DNA of 64,000 bases from Candidatus Parcubacteria bacterium. Its GTDB lineage: Bacteria > Patescibacteriota > Minisyncoccia > Phycocordibacterales > CAIJYI01. Under the pieces are notes generated by a model. That model did not search any database. It was not told the DNA's origin and saw only the letters and a program-made list of their open reading frames with translations. Position numbers and translations under genes: made by a program. Positions 27,017 through 37,520 of this stretch are shown here, piece after piece. Within the stretch, counting starts at the first letter, position 1; each line of letters begins with the position of its first letter. The stretch covers positions 12,853 through 76,852 of the forward strand of contig JAPLYL010000005.1 of assembly GCA_026395595.1 (NCBI GenBank), written 5' to 3'.

Positions 27017-27907
27017 ATGGAAAACAACAAAAAAATAATTCTCGTCACCGGTGGCGCAGGCTTCATCGGCTCGCACTTGATAGAGCGTTTAGTTGCAGAC
27101 CCTGACAATCAAGTCATCTCTCTGGATAATTATTTCACCGGCAAAACCGAAAATCATATCCCGGGCGCCGAGTATCGCAAAGGTCATACCAAAGACATTG
27201 AAACGCTTGTTCCTGAAAAACCTGACATCATTTACCATCTCGGCGAATACTCGCGGGTTTTCAAAAGCATGGAAGAGCCGTATCTCGTGTGGGATTTGAA
27301 TATGGACGGCACGTTCGGCGTTCTTGAATTTTGGAGAAAACACGGAGGAAAACTCGTCTATGCCGGTTCTTCTACCAAGTCTGCTTCCCCCCGTCCTTCC
27401 GATTCCGTCCTTGGACGAGATCTTTCCATGTACACATGGACAAAAGCGGCAAATTCCGAACTCGTCGCAAACTATGGACGATGGTTCAACCTTCCTTACG
27501 CCATTACTTATTTTTACAATGTTTACGGCCCGGGAGAAAGAGATGATATTAACCACTACGGAACGGTGATAGAGATATTCAAACAAAAATTTCTGCATGG
27601 AGAACCTTTCCCGGTAAAAAGTCCGGGAACCCAAACGCGCGCTTTCACCCATGTAGAAGATACGGTCTCCGGCATTCTGCTTGCCGGAGAAAAAGGCGAA
27701 GGCGATGAATTCGGCATTTGCTCCAAAGAAACTTTTTCGCTTCTTGATGTGGCCCGCATGTTCGGCGGTGAAGTTGAAATGCTTCCGCCTACTCCGTCCA
27801 CTCGTTCAGTGGAAGCCATAGATCCGGTGAAAATAAAAGCTCTCGGATGGAAACAAGAACATACCCTTCCGGAGTATATCGAAAAAATTAAAAAAACAAA
27901 ACACTAG
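27017..27907 (+). CDS. NAD-dependent sugar epimerase/dehydratase (UDP-glucuronate decarboxylase / UDP-glucose 4-epimerase family)
   Basis: GGAGFIGSH Rossmann motif and YxxxK (YTWTK). Confidence 0.85.
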   Translation: MENNKKIILVTGGAGFIGSHLIERLVADPDNQVISLDNYFTGKTENHIPGAEYRKGHTKDIETLVPEKPDIIYHLGEYSRVFKSMEEPYLVWDLNMDGTFGVLEFWRKHGGKLVYAGSSTKSASPRPSDSVLGRDLSMYTWTKAANSELVANYGRWFNLPYAITYFYNVYGPGERDDINHYGTVIEIFKQKFLHGEPFPVKSPGTQTRAFTHVEDTVSGILLAGEKGEGDEFGICSKETFSLLDVARMFGGEVEMLPPTPSTRSVEAIDPVKIKALGWKQEHTLPEYIEKIKKTKH

Positions 27908-27910
27908 AAC

Positions 27911-29137
27911 ATGCCGAAAAAAATTCTTATTTTTTCTCTCGCTTATTACCCGAACTTTGTGTCGGGAGCGGAAGCGGCAATCAAAGAAATCACCGACCGC
28001 ATTAGTTCCGAAGATATTGAATTTCACATGGTAACGCTTCGTTTTGATTCGACGCTCCCGCGCATGGAAAAAATCGGAAATGTTATCGTTCACCGAATCG
28101 GCTGGGGAAATGTCGCAACCGCAAAAGAGGCATCAAGCCCGCTTTTTTATCTTTCAAAAATTCTCTTTGTCCCGATGTCCGCAGTGAAGGCTATTTCTTT
28201 GCATCAAAAAAACCATTTTGATGCGCTCTGGGCGATGATGACTTACATGCTTTTCCCCGTTGTTTTTATGCATTTCCTTGGAGTAAAAATCCCGCATATT
28301 CTCACCTTGCAAGACGGAGATCCATACGAAAAAGTTTTTCTGAGGTGGAAAATACGGCTGTTTACACCATTACTTGATTATGGCTTCAGAACAGCATCGC
28401 TTATACAGACTATTTCAGTTTTTCTCGCGGAATGGCCGAAAAAACGCGGATATAAAGGAGACGTAGAACTTATCTACAATGGAGCCAATCCTCGCGATCT
28501 TAAAGATGCCGTTTCTTTGGAAGAAGTTGAGGCGATGAAACAAAAACTTAATAAAAAACACGGGGATATTTTTCTGGTAAACACCTCGCGTCTTGTGCGT
28601 CAAAAGGGATTTGATACAATAATCCGCGCGCTGACAAACCTGCCGACAAATATCCGTTTCCTTGCCGTCGGCGAAGGTGGAGATGAACCGATGCTGAAAG
28701 CCCTGACAAAAGAATTGGGACTGGAAGACCGTGTTATCTTTACCGGCAGAGTAGACCGAAGCGTCGTGACGCTGTATCGCCGAGCTGCGGACATCTTCGT
28801 CGCGCCGAGCCGTTCGGAAGGACTCGGAAATGCTTTTATCTCCGCTCTCGCTTCCCGTCTTCCCCTTATCGCCACGCAAGTCGGAGGGATGGCAGACTAT
28901 GTTTTTGATGAAAAGCACAATCCCGACAAACAGCCGACCGCGTGGGTAGTAGATCCTGATCAGCCGGAACAGATTGAGGAAAAGGTAAAAGAGATTATCG
29001 CCAATCCGGAAAAAGCAAAACGCATTTCCGAATATGCCCGCAAAATGGTGGAAGAAAAATATGATTGGGATAAAATTGCACAGCAAATGAAAACAAAAGT
29101 ATTTGATTCCGTCATTTCCAAAAAACTTGCTAATTAA
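27911..29137 (+). CDS. Glycosyltransferase family 4 (GT-B)
   Basis: Conserved GT4 C-terminal motifs RLVRQKG and EGLGNAFISALASRLPLIAT. The start lies 4 nt after the epimerase stop. Confidence 0.85.
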   Translation: MPKKILIFSLAYYPNFVSGAEAAIKEITDRISSEDIEFHMVTLRFDSTLPRMEKIGNVIVHRIGWGNVATAKEASSPLFYLSKILFVPMSAVKAISLHQKNHFDALWAMMTYMLFPVVFMHFLGVKIPHILTLQDGDPYEKVFLRWKIRLFTPLLDYGFRTASLIQTISVFLAEWPKKRGYKGDVELIYNGANPRDLKDAVSLEEVEAMKQKLNKKHGDIFLVNTSRLVRQKGFDTIIRALTNLPTNIRFLAVGEGGDEPMLKALTKELGLEDRVIFTGRVDRSVVTLYRRAADIFVAPSRSEGLGNAFISALASRLPLIATQVGGMADYVFDEKHNPDKQPTAWVVDPDQPEQIEEKVKEIIANPEKAKRISEYARKMVEEKYDWDKIAQQMKTKVFDSVISKKLAN

Positions 29138-29142
29138 CTTAA

Positions 29143-30249
29143 TTAGTGCAAACCTCTTTGCCGGTCTTTTTCATCTTCCGTGCGTAATCGGTCGCGGGTA
29201 TTTTTGTAGTTTTCCAAAGCCTCTCGCGGAATCAATTTGTCATCAAGCACTGCCTCAAGCACGTGAGTCCAAAAAAGAATCCGCGCTTTGTTGAGGACTA
29301 AAAGGTTTCCTGAACTTTTTGAAAGAGTATTGACATAATACCAGATGATCTCGCCCAAACGATAAACTCTCATCAAACGAAGAGAAAGCGTTTCTTCTTC
29401 CGTACGGTTATCTCGCACATATTGTATCAAAGCCTGTTCTATTGCCGGATTATATAATGCCATAAAGTTGATGCAGCGCGCCCATCCCTCATATTTGTTT
29501 CCGAAACGAAGCGCCGAGCTATCAAGCAAATAGATATTTTCCCCGACAATTCTGATATTATGCGGAACAAAGTCAACGTGCGTCAGAAATCCGGAATACT
29601 GTTCTATGGTATATTTTTCACGAGAAAGAAACTCTCTTGCACGCAAAAGCGTTTTTTCCAAAGCCGCATCTTTCATTCGGTCGTTGATTTTATTTTTGAA
29701 TTCATCAAACGATTTCAAATACCCTTCCGCGTCTATGGAACCGAAATTTTTTCGAGCAAATCGAAAATGCTCATAGGTAGCGGCCCGCGCTCCTTCTTGA
29801 GCTTTAAAAGATTTAAGGAGAAGACGAAACTGCTCCGCATTCGTACGTTCCAAAAATGAGCAATCCTGCTCTATGAATTTTTGGATAAAAATCATTCTTC
29901 CCGCCTTTTTGACAAACAAAATTTCTTCAGGAGAGAAAAAAACGTGATAGGCGAATTTCATTTTCTTAAGCGCATGGCGGCATTTGCGTTCACGCAAAAT
30001 CTCTCTCATTCCGGATATCTGTTCTGTCGTTTTTATAATAACGCGGGTCCCATCTTTCCTACGACCGACAAGGATCAGTTTTTTTCCGCTCTCGGTCGTT
30101 ATCGCCTGCATAAGATATCTTTCGCCTCCAAGATGAGGCTGACGTTCCTCCAGAGTAAAACCGAATTCAGAGAGAATAGTCCGAACTATTTCAAGCTCGC
30201 GTTTACAGTATGTCTCCCATTCATGTTTAATGTCTTCCTGCATGTTCAA
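29143..30249 (-). CDS. Phosphotransferase/kinase-like protein (APH/CotS superfamily)
   Basis: Catalytic-loop-like HVDFVPHNIRI and a D..G region YLLDSSALRFGNKYEGW. Confidence 0.55.
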   Translation of the reverse strand: MNMQEDIKHEWETYCKRELEIVRTILSEFGFTLEERQPHLGGERYLMQAITTESGKKLILVGRRKDGTRVIIKTTEQISGMREILRERKCRHALKKMKFAYHVFFSPEEILFVKKAGRMIFIQKFIEQDCSFLERTNAEQFRLLLKSFKAQEGARAATYEHFRFARKNFGSIDAEGYLKSFDEFKNKINDRMKDAALEKTLLRAREFLSREKYTIEQYSGFLTHVDFVPHNIRIVGENIYLLDSSALRFGNKYEGWARCINFMALYNPAIEQALIQYVRDNRTEEETLSLRLMRVYRLGEIIWYYVNTLSKSSGNLLVLNKARILFWTHVLEAVLDDKLIPREALENYKNTRDRLRTEDEKDRQRGLH

Positions 30250-30778
30250 AATTTTCTAAAAGTTGTTTGATATGTTGATTCCAAGAAGAATCATATTCGT
30301 CTTTTGTCCCCTTTGACGGCAATCCGAAAGGCAGTATCTCCGGCCGTTCCATCGGCGTTTCCAAAATTTCCCGAACCGCTTGCTTCTTTGCAAAAGAACG
30401 GATCTTCCTTAGAAAAAAATTTTTTGACAAACGAGTTTCAACCGCCTTATCTCCCAAATGAATAAAAAACGGACGATGAAGCGTAAAAGAAACAAGGGAG
30501 GAAGGCAATTCAGTAGAAGCTCCATTTTCAGAATACAAAACGTCTGATTTTTTCAGAACAAAGAAAAGCGTTATCGTATAGAGAACGAGACGGACGGCGA
30601 GCGGCCATCGTTTGTCCACTGAAAAAATACGGACGCCGACAGTTTTTTCTGGAAACCGTGAATAAGCGACAACGGTAACATCGTGTTTTTTACCGAGCGT
30701 TTCGGCCAGTTTTTTGGCGTACAACGCCATCGGTTCCGTATCCGGAGGATAAAACGGTGTGGCAATAACAATCTTCAT
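30227..30778 (-). CDS. Glycosyltransferase-4 N-terminal-domain-like protein (short, 183 aa)
   Basis: MKIVIATPFYPP... resembles the GT4 N-terminal Rossmann half. No C-terminal catalytic half is present. Confidence 0.45.
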   Translation of the reverse strand: MKIVIATPFYPPDTEPMALYAKKLAETLGKKHDVTVVAYSRFPEKTVGVRIFSVDKRWPLAVRLVLYTITLFFVLKKSDVLYSENGASTELPSSLVSFTLHRPFFIHLGDKAVETRLSKNFFLRKIRSFAKKQAVREILETPMERPEILPFGLPSKGTKDEYDSSWNQHIKQLLENFEHAGRH

Positions 30779-30886
30779 ATGCCGAATTATAACATGAGGT
30801 GAAGAGATAAGGAAACATTATTTTTGTGGCGGTATAATTTCCTCTATGGTAAAATGAATGGATTACAAATTATTTAAAGCGTTTTT

Positions 30887-31732
30887 ATGAAAAATAAAAA
30901 ACACAACGGAAAACCCGTCCACCACGAAGAGCATCACGAGCATGAACATCGAGAGGCTCATGAGACTCAAGAAGAAAACGTGCCGCTCGTGGCTTCAGAA
31001 AGCAATCCTATTATGATTCCTGTTGCCATCGTTATCGCGGGTATCATCATTGCGGGAGCAATTGTCTGGAGCAGTTCACGAACCTCAACTCCGCCCCCGG
31101 CGCCGGGGTCTCCTGCTGCTCAGCTCAAAAAAGGAACCATCGCGGAAGAAATCGGATTGAACAAGAAAAAATTTGCCGAATGTCTCGCGAGCCGAAAATA
31201 TCAGCCGGTCGTCCAAGCAATGGTTGATGCCGGAGTAAAAAACGGAGTCCAAGGAACGCCTTTCACGGTCATTGTCGCCAAGAATGGCGCCATGCTTGAG
31301 ATCAATGGTGCGCAATCGGCGGAAGATGTGAAAAAGGTCATTGACCTCGCTTTAAGCGGCAAAGCGGAAACAGGGATCAGTTCAAACACCGGAAAACTTT
31401 TAACGGAAGATCCGGTTACGGCAAAAGATCATATTCTCGGAAATCCGAATGCTGACGTAAAGATTATTACTCACGCCGACCTTGAATGTCCGTTCTGTAA
31501 ACGATTCCATGCCACCATGGAAGACGTTATGAAGCAGTATCAAGCGGAAGGAAAAGTCGCCTGGGTAATCAGACACTTCCCTCTTACTCAACTCCATGAT
31601 AAAGCTCCGCTTGAGGCCGAAGCGTCTGAATGCGCGAACGAACTTGGAGGAAATGCTAAATTCTGGGAATACGTCAGTCTCTTGGAAAAAATCACTCCGG
31701 CAAACAACGGTCTGGATTCTTCTCTCTTATAA
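30887..31732 (+). CDS. DsbA-family thiol:disulfide oxidoreductase with a His-rich N-terminus and a transmembrane anchor
   Basis: Thioredoxin CPFC motif, a membrane-spanning segment, and an N-terminal HHEEHHEHEHREAHE stretch. Confidence 0.75.
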   Translation: MKNKKHNGKPVHHEEHHEHEHREAHETQEENVPLVASESNPIMIPVAIVIAGIIIAGAIVWSSSRTSTPPPAPGSPAAQLKKGTIAEEIGLNKKKFAECLASRKYQPVVQAMVDAGVKNGVQGTPFTVIVAKNGAMLEINGAQSAEDVKKVIDLALSGKAETGISSNTGKLLTEDPVTAKDHILGNPNADVKIITHADLECPFCKRFHATMEDVMKQYQAEGKVAWVIRHFPLTQLHDKAPLEAEASECANELGGNAKFWEYVSLLEKITPANNGLDSSLL

Positions 31733-31762
31733 ACAAAGTTATTATCACTAATAAGCATTTTT

Positions 31763-32332
31763 ATGACCGCAGATTATTCAATGGAGAAATTCAACAAGGT
31801 AAGCGAAGAATCTCTAAAACCGGAAGATAAAGAGAAATTGGAAAAGTTCCGAGCGCTCAAAATGAGATGGCTGGAATTAAGCAAAGACATTGACCCGAAT
31901 GCAAGCGCCATGGAAGCGGTCGCTGAAGAAATTGTTGCTCTCATAAAAGAATTTAGAGAACTTCTTCGTCCGGAGCAACTGGAATACGTATTGGGCGTCG
32001 GAGAAGAAGCTCATGACAAACTGGAAGAATCCTACTCGGAAACAAAAGAAGGACAATTGGAAATCGCGCATATGGAAGCCCATGTTTTTAATGAAGCATT
32101 TGACTCCCGATATAACCGGCTTCAAAAAGCGATAGAAAACAGGAAGAACGACCCGCAAGAATTTATCGCCGCGCTTACGCATTTTGACTCTTTTGTAAAA
32201 GAACTGAACGAAGGAGATCTCCGAAGCTATGGCGATGCGGTCAGAAACAGAAAGGATAACCCCGGCAACCCCTTCAACAAAAAAGAACCCGAGGATATAA
32301 AGCCGACGAATTCAGCGGTAATGTGGGGCTAA
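31763..32332 (+). CDS. Hypothetical helical protein
   Basis: ORF integrity only. Confidence 0.5.
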   Translation: MTADYSMEKFNKVSEESLKPEDKEKLEKFRALKMRWLELSKDIDPNASAMEAVAEEIVALIKEFRELLRPEQLEYVLGVGEEAHDKLEESYSETKEGQLEIAHMEAHVFNEAFDSRYNRLQKAIENRKNDPQEFIAALTHFDSFVKELNEGDLRSYGDAVRNRKDNPGNPFNKKEPEDIKPTNSAVMWG

Positions 32333-32417
32333 AAAAGACCCTTTACAAAAATAATACTTTGTAGTATACTGTATCTAGGAGTAGAAGGCTCCTTACAGTA
32401 GAAAAGGAGACACAATC

Positions 32418-32702
32418 ATGTCTTTTAAAGAAAAACCGTGGCTCGGCGCATCGGCCCCGAAACCCACGACGAAACAAGAAAATCCGATACAAAGCCCCGA
32501 AGTTGTCGCTGTACATGAAGCCCAAAAAGCTTTCATGAAAAAATACATCGGCCCCGAAGGTTCCGCTATGGCGAAGCATGAGTTTGAAACATTAGCAAGC
32601 CATGCCCGCGCAGCGTCAAAATCAAAATCTGTCACGGCAAAAGAACGAGAAGAAATGAAAGACCTCGCCAAAACCGTGGATGAACTTTGGAAAAACAGAT
32701 AA
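32418..32702 (+). CDS. Small hypothetical protein
   Basis: AAGGAGA RBS at the correct spacing. Confidence 0.5.
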   Translation: MSFKEKPWLGASAPKPTTKQENPIQSPEVVAVHEAQKAFMKKYIGPEGSAMAKHEFETLASHARAASKSKSVTAKEREEMKDLAKTVDELWKNR

Positions 32703-32824
32703 GGAGAACAAATGTCCGAAGACGAACATACCTAATGAGCCTTTCTTATCCACAGAAAGGCTCATTTTTCATTTTAGATATTTCCCGTTAACAGGTACAA
32801 TAGACATAAGAGATTTCACTCTAT

Positions 32825-32944
32825 GCAAGGTCTTTCCTTAAGGAGGAACGTAGCGAAGCGGAGTGACGGGGAAAGGAGCACCACAGGAGTATTTCCATTT
32901 TTATAGTCGCTCCTCTCCTTAAAAATTAGGTCAGACCTTGGGGC
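32825..32944 (+). repeat. Composite repeat element. The short repeat (gcaaggtct...) and the 54-bp core (32879-32932) are bounded by inverted caaggtct/agaccttg termini.
   Basis: Left end identical to 6236-6260; core as at 3021-3074 and 43105-43158. Confidence 0.75.
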
Positions 32945-33040
32945 TATTTCGCTGCATCAGAATCACTTACCCTTATCCCTATATTTGCATAAATCGCTCA
33001 TTCGTGCTACTTATAGAAAAACATACTATATAATACATCC

Positions 33041-35218
33041 ATGAAATTACTTATCGTAGAATCCCCTTCAAAAGCAAAGACTATTTCCAAATATCTCGGC
33101 GGTGAATACACCGTCGTTGCTTCTGTTGGACATATTCGCGACATCCCAAAAAGCAGCAAGAACGCCATTGATATTCCGGGGGGGTTTATACCCCATTACG
33201 AAATCTCCAAAGGCAAAGAAAAAGTCGTTGCGGATATACAGAACCTCGCCAAAAAAGCCGATGAAATTTTGCTGGCGACAGACCCCGACCGTGAAGGAGA
33301 AGCCATCGCTTGGCATATCGCGGAAGCCGTCAGTATCAAAAAAGCAAAACGTGTTGCTTTCCATGAAATTACGGAAAAGGCTATCAAAGAAGCGATAAAA
33401 CATCCGAGAGGAATAGACCAGAATCTCCGCAAAGCGCAGGAAGCTCGCCGTGTGCTTGACCGTCTCGTCGGTTACGGACTCTCCGGCCTGCTCTGGAAAA
33501 AACTCCGCTATGGCCTTGGCGCCGGGCGAGTACAGTCCCCCGCTCTTCGTCTTCTCGTAGAACAAGAAGAGGAAATCCGCGCCTTCATCCCGGAAGACTT
33601 CTGGGTTATTCACGCCGATACAGACACGGCAAAAAAAGAACGCATCTCGCTTGAATGTTCCGAAAAACCGCGCGAGAAAAAAATTGTTGACGATATTCTT
33701 GCAAAAGCAAAATCTGAAAAATGGAAAGTAATTGACGTGAAAGAAACACAAGCAAAACGATCCCCCAAAGCGTCGTTCACCACTTCCACTCTCCAGCAGT
33801 CAGCCAGTACTCAGCTTGGTTTTTCACCGAGCAAAACGATGAGCGTCGCGCAGAAGCTCTACGAAGCCGGTCACATTACCTACATGCGTACCGACAGCAC
33901 TAACCTCGGAGAAGAAGCGATCGCGGAAATTAGCGCCATCATCACAAAACTCTACGGCAAAGATCTTCTTGAAGTTCGCGCATACAAAACCAAATCAAAG
34001 AACGCGCAAGAAGCCCACGAGGCCATCCGTCCGACTCACCCCGCAAAAAAAGACGCGGGATTAACCTCTGAACAAAAAGAATTGTACGCTCTCATCTGGA
34101 GAAGAGCTATTACCTCGCAAATGAAAGACGCGAGTATTTTACGCACAAAAATTGTCGCAAACATTGAGAGTGAAAACATACCTCCTTTCCATGCGAACGG
34201 TTCCCGTCTCATCACTCAAGGCTGGCTTTCCGCCGATCCGAAAGCGCGCGAAGAAGATACCGAACTTCCAAAAGTCGCCGTCGGAGATACCCTTACTCTC
34301 ATAAAAATAGAGGAAGAAGCCAAGCAAACCGAACCGCCCAACCGATATTCTGAAGCCGGGCTGGTCAAAAAATTGGAAGAACTTGGCATTGGACGTCCGA
34401 GTACCTATGCCTCCATTATTAAAACGAACATTGACCACGGGTATGTATTGAAAGAAGGAAAAGCCCTCCGACCGACCGATACGGGCGAAGTCGTCATCAA
34501 CAAATTCTTGAAACCTCATTTCGGTGATATTATTTCCTATACCTTCACGGCTGAGATGGAAGAAAATCTTGATGAGATTGCTGATGGAAAACGCCAATAC
34601 GAAAAAACACTCCGTGATTTTTACACGCCGTTTGCCAAACTTTTGAAAGAAAAAGATAAAATAGAAAAGATCACCAATGTCGGCGATGCGCCAAAAGAAA
34701 TGCGTTGTCCGGTCTGTGGGGGCGACATGGTCATCAAACTCGGCAAGAACGCCAGCTTTTTGAGTTGCGCGAAATTTCCGGAATGTAACGGCGCCAGAAT
34801 GTTGGACGGACGAGAATTGGAAGGCCCGAAACTCTTGGACGAAAAATGTCCGAAATGCGACGGTGCTCTCATGGAAAGAGATGGTCGCTTCGGTAAGTTT
34901 ATCGCCTGCAGCAATTACCCGAAATGCAAATTTATCAAATCCGACCCGACCGAAGAAGCCAAGAAAAATACCGGCGTCAAATGCGGAAAGTGCGCCGACG
35001 GAGAAATGACCGAACGTCGCGGCCGTTTTGGAATTTTCTACAGCTGCACGAATTACCCCGATTGCAAACACATCATCAAAACCAAACCCACCGGCAGCCT
35101 CTGCAAACTCTGTGGAGAACTCATGATGGAAGGAACCAAAACCATTCCAGAGAGATGCTCGGATAAGAATTGTCCGAATCATAATCCGCATAAATTAGAA
35201 ACAAGCAAAAAGGAATAA
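33041..35218 (+). CDS. topA: DNA topoisomerase I with C-terminal zinc ribbons
   Basis: Toprim N-terminus (LLIVESPSKAKTI), catalytic Tyr region (HITYMRTDS), and multiple CxxC zinc fingers at the C-terminus. Confidence 0.93.
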   Translation: MKLLIVESPSKAKTISKYLGGEYTVVASVGHIRDIPKSSKNAIDIPGGFIPHYEISKGKEKVVADIQNLAKKADEILLATDPDREGEAIAWHIAEAVSIKKAKRVAFHEITEKAIKEAIKHPRGIDQNLRKAQEARRVLDRLVGYGLSGLLWKKLRYGLGAGRVQSPALRLLVEQEEEIRAFIPEDFWVIHADTDTAKKERISLECSEKPREKKIVDDILAKAKSEKWKVIDVKETQAKRSPKASFTTSTLQQSASTQLGFSPSKTMSVAQKLYEAGHITYMRTDSTNLGEEAIAEISAIITKLYGKDLLEVRAYKTKSKNAQEAHEAIRPTHPAKKDAGLTSEQKELYALIWRRAITSQMKDASILRTKIVANIESENIPPFHANGSRLITQGWLSADPKAREEDTELPKVAVGDTLTLIKIEEEAKQTEPPNRYSEAGLVKKLEELGIGRPSTYASIIKTNIDHGYVLKEGKALRPTDTGEVVINKFLKPHFGDIISYTFTAEMEENLDEIADGKRQYEKTLRDFYTPFAKLLKEKDKIEKITNVGDAPKEMRCPVCGGDMVIKLGKNASFLSCAKFPECNGARMLDGRELEGPKLLDEKCPKCDGALMERDGRFGKFIACSNYPKCKFIKSDPTEEAKKNTGVKCGKCADGEMTERRGRFGIFYSCTNYPDCKHIIKTKPTGSLCKLCGELMMEGTKTIPERCSDKNCPNHNPHKLETSKKE

Positions 35219-35405
35219 GCAACAAGAAGAACAACGAACAGTCGCCGTCGTGTCCCTCCTCCCCTTTAAAAAGGGGAGGACTGAGGTGGAGTTGTTCTCA
35301 TCACAGAACTCGACACGACATACCCCCTTTTTACAGAGATAGAGAACCCCCCCATGACAAAATATTCAAAAACTCCCGCAACGTTTCCGTTGCGAGGGTC
35401 CAAAA

Positions 35406-35645
35406 TTATTCCGCTTTGAACGGATTGTTCCACCAATATCTTTTATCAAGCCCGTATCCGGAACGAGATTCTTCAACCAAGCCATACGCTTCTATGCGTT
35501 GCAAGTAGGCTCTTATAGGCTGAGAATTTACTTCTTCATCGGGATATTTCGTTTTGATTTTTTCAACAATATCTCGCAGCAAAAAAGATTCCTGTTCTGC
35601 TGTTTCAAATACGGCACTTTTTATTTCTTCAACCGATAGACTCAT
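35406..35645 (-). CDS. Small hypothetical protein
   Basis: ORF integrity only. Confidence 0.35.
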   Translation of the reverse strand: MSLSVEEIKSAVFETAEQESFLLRDIVEKIKTKYPDEEVNSQPIRAYLQRIEAYGLVEESRSGYGLDKRYWWNNPFKAE

Positions 35646-35762
35646 TTTTTCAACCCTCCAATAGACAATTGAACGATGCTAAACAGAAGTATATATAATC
35701 CTTCCAAATTTGCAAACTTTACTTTTCTTCCAAAAAACTCAAAAATGTGTTATAATAAAATC

Positions 35763-37223
35763 ATGTCCAGCAACGTCGAAGATCTCATTTCCGCCATAAA
35801 AAATCCCACCGAGGAGGATAAAGCGCTTATCAAAAAAGCGTATGATTTTGCTGCGCTCGCACACAAAGATCAGGCGCGTTTTTCTGGTGAACCCTACTTC
35901 GTCCATTGTTTCGCTGTCGCCATGAATCTGGCCCAATTTGGTATGGAGACTAAAGTCATCGCCGCGGGTCTTCTTCATGATACTCTGGAAGATGCCGACA
36001 TCACCCAGAAAGAATTTGAAGCAAAGTTTGGAAAAGAAATACTCTTTTTAGTTGAAGGCGTTACCAAACTTGGAAAACTCAAATACCGCGGTGAACAGCG
36101 CCACGTGGAAAGCCTGCGAAAACTTTTCATCGCGACTACGCGTGATATCCGCGTCCTCATCATCAAACTGGCCGACCGTCTGCATAATGTCAGCACGCTT
36201 GAATTCGTCCGTCCCGACAAACAAAAAAGAATTGCCTTAGAAACCCTTGAGATCTACGCTCCCCTCGCCTACCGTCTCGGTATGGGTATCATTCGTCATC
36301 GGTTGGAAGAACTCGCCTTTCCTTACGCCTATCCCGAAGAATATAAAAAAGTAAAAGAACTTTTAAAGGCGCGCGAAGATGAAATACAAAAACGTCTGGA
36401 GAAATTCTATCGAACACTCAAAAAAGAAATCGCCCAAGCGGGATACAAACAATTCCGCACTTCCAATCGGATGAAAGGAACGTACAGTCTCTACAAAAAA
36501 CTGGTGGAGAAAAAAATGGATATCACCAAGATCTACGACATCATGGCGATACGCGTCATCGTACCGACGGTTGCAGACTGTTACGGCGTGCTCGGCATCG
36601 TCCACGCCAACTGGCGCCCGCTTCCCGGACGCATCAAAGATTATATCGCCTTTCCGAAACCGAACGGCTATCAAAGCTTGCACACGACGGTCTTCACCGG
36701 CGACGGTGGTATTATAGAAGTACAAATCAGAACAGAAGAAATGCATCAGGAAGCCGAATACGGTATCGCCTCGCACTTGGGATACAAGGAGGGTATCATG
36801 AAAAACAAAACGCGCATTGAAGACATCGGCAAAAAATATGCGTGGTTCAAACAACTGGTGGAACTCCAAGAAAATGTATCCCAGACGGGAGAATTCTTAA
36901 ACCATCTCAAAGTGGACTTCTTTGAAAACCGCGTTTTCGTCTTCACTCCAAAAGGCGATGTCATTGACCTGCCCGAAGGTTCCAGCCCGATAGATTTCGC
37001 CTACGCCGTCCATTCAGATATAGGAAGCCATGTCTCCGGCGCCAAAGTAAACGGGAAATTCCTTGCGATTACAACCACTCTCCATAACGGCGATATCGTA
37101 GAAATAGAAACCAAAAAATCTGTCTCTCCCACCAGAAAATGGCTGGAAGGTTCCAAAACGACATTAGCCAAACGACACATAAGAATTGCTCTGCAAGAAA
37201 ACGCAACCAAAAATACAAAATAA
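35763..37223 (+). CDS. rel: Bifunctional (p)ppGpp synthetase/hydrolase (RelA/SpoT family, short form)
   Basis: HD domain (HD..ED), synthetase motifs (RVIV.T..DCY, G.YQSLHT) and a TGS-like C-terminus. Start moved to MSSNVEDL. Confidence 0.88.
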   Translation: MSSNVEDLISAIKNPTEEDKALIKKAYDFAALAHKDQARFSGEPYFVHCFAVAMNLAQFGMETKVIAAGLLHDTLEDADITQKEFEAKFGKEILFLVEGVTKLGKLKYRGEQRHVESLRKLFIATTRDIRVLIIKLADRLHNVSTLEFVRPDKQKRIALETLEIYAPLAYRLGMGIIRHRLEELAFPYAYPEEYKKVKELLKAREDEIQKRLEKFYRTLKKEIAQAGYKQFRTSNRMKGTYSLYKKLVEKKMDITKIYDIMAIRVIVPTVADCYGVLGIVHANWRPLPGRIKDYIAFPKPNGYQSLHTTVFTGDGGIIEVQIRTEEMHQEAEYGIASHLGYKEGIMKNKTRIEDIGKKYAWFKQLVELQENVSQTGEFLNHLKVDFFENRVFVFTPKGDVIDLPEGSSPIDFAYAVHSDIGSHVSGAKVNGKFLAITTTLHNGDIVEIETKKSVSPTRKWLEGSKTTLAKRHIRIALQENATKNTK

Positions 37224-37253
37224 TCCCCAAAGGTCGGACCTTCGGGGATTATT

Positions 37254-37520
37254 TTACCTTTCTTTGACTTCGCTCGCGTTTAAGTATCCCGATTTGAAAT
37301 TATATTGAAGCTGTTCAAGAAATAAAATGCCATCTTTCGGGAATAACTTTTTTCCACTGTCATCCGAGTAATTTTGTATTCCTTCATTTGTAACAAAATC
37401 TATAAATTTCTGATCGCCTTCAAAAGTAACGATGTCTCCCGAAAGATGAGCGGTGGCGAGAACCGTTTGAGAGCCGTCATTTTGCAATTTGTAAATTTGT
37501 ACGTACCACATAAGTAACAT
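37254..37520 (-). CDS. Small hypothetical protein; its start overlaps the stop of the upstream gene
   Basis: ATGA overlap with the 37520 gene suggests translational coupling. Confidence 0.45.
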   Translation of the reverse strand: MLLMWYVQIYKLQNDGSQTVLATAHLSGDIVTFEGDQKFIDFVTNEGIQNYSDDSGKKLFPKDGILFLEQLQYNFKSGYLNASEVKER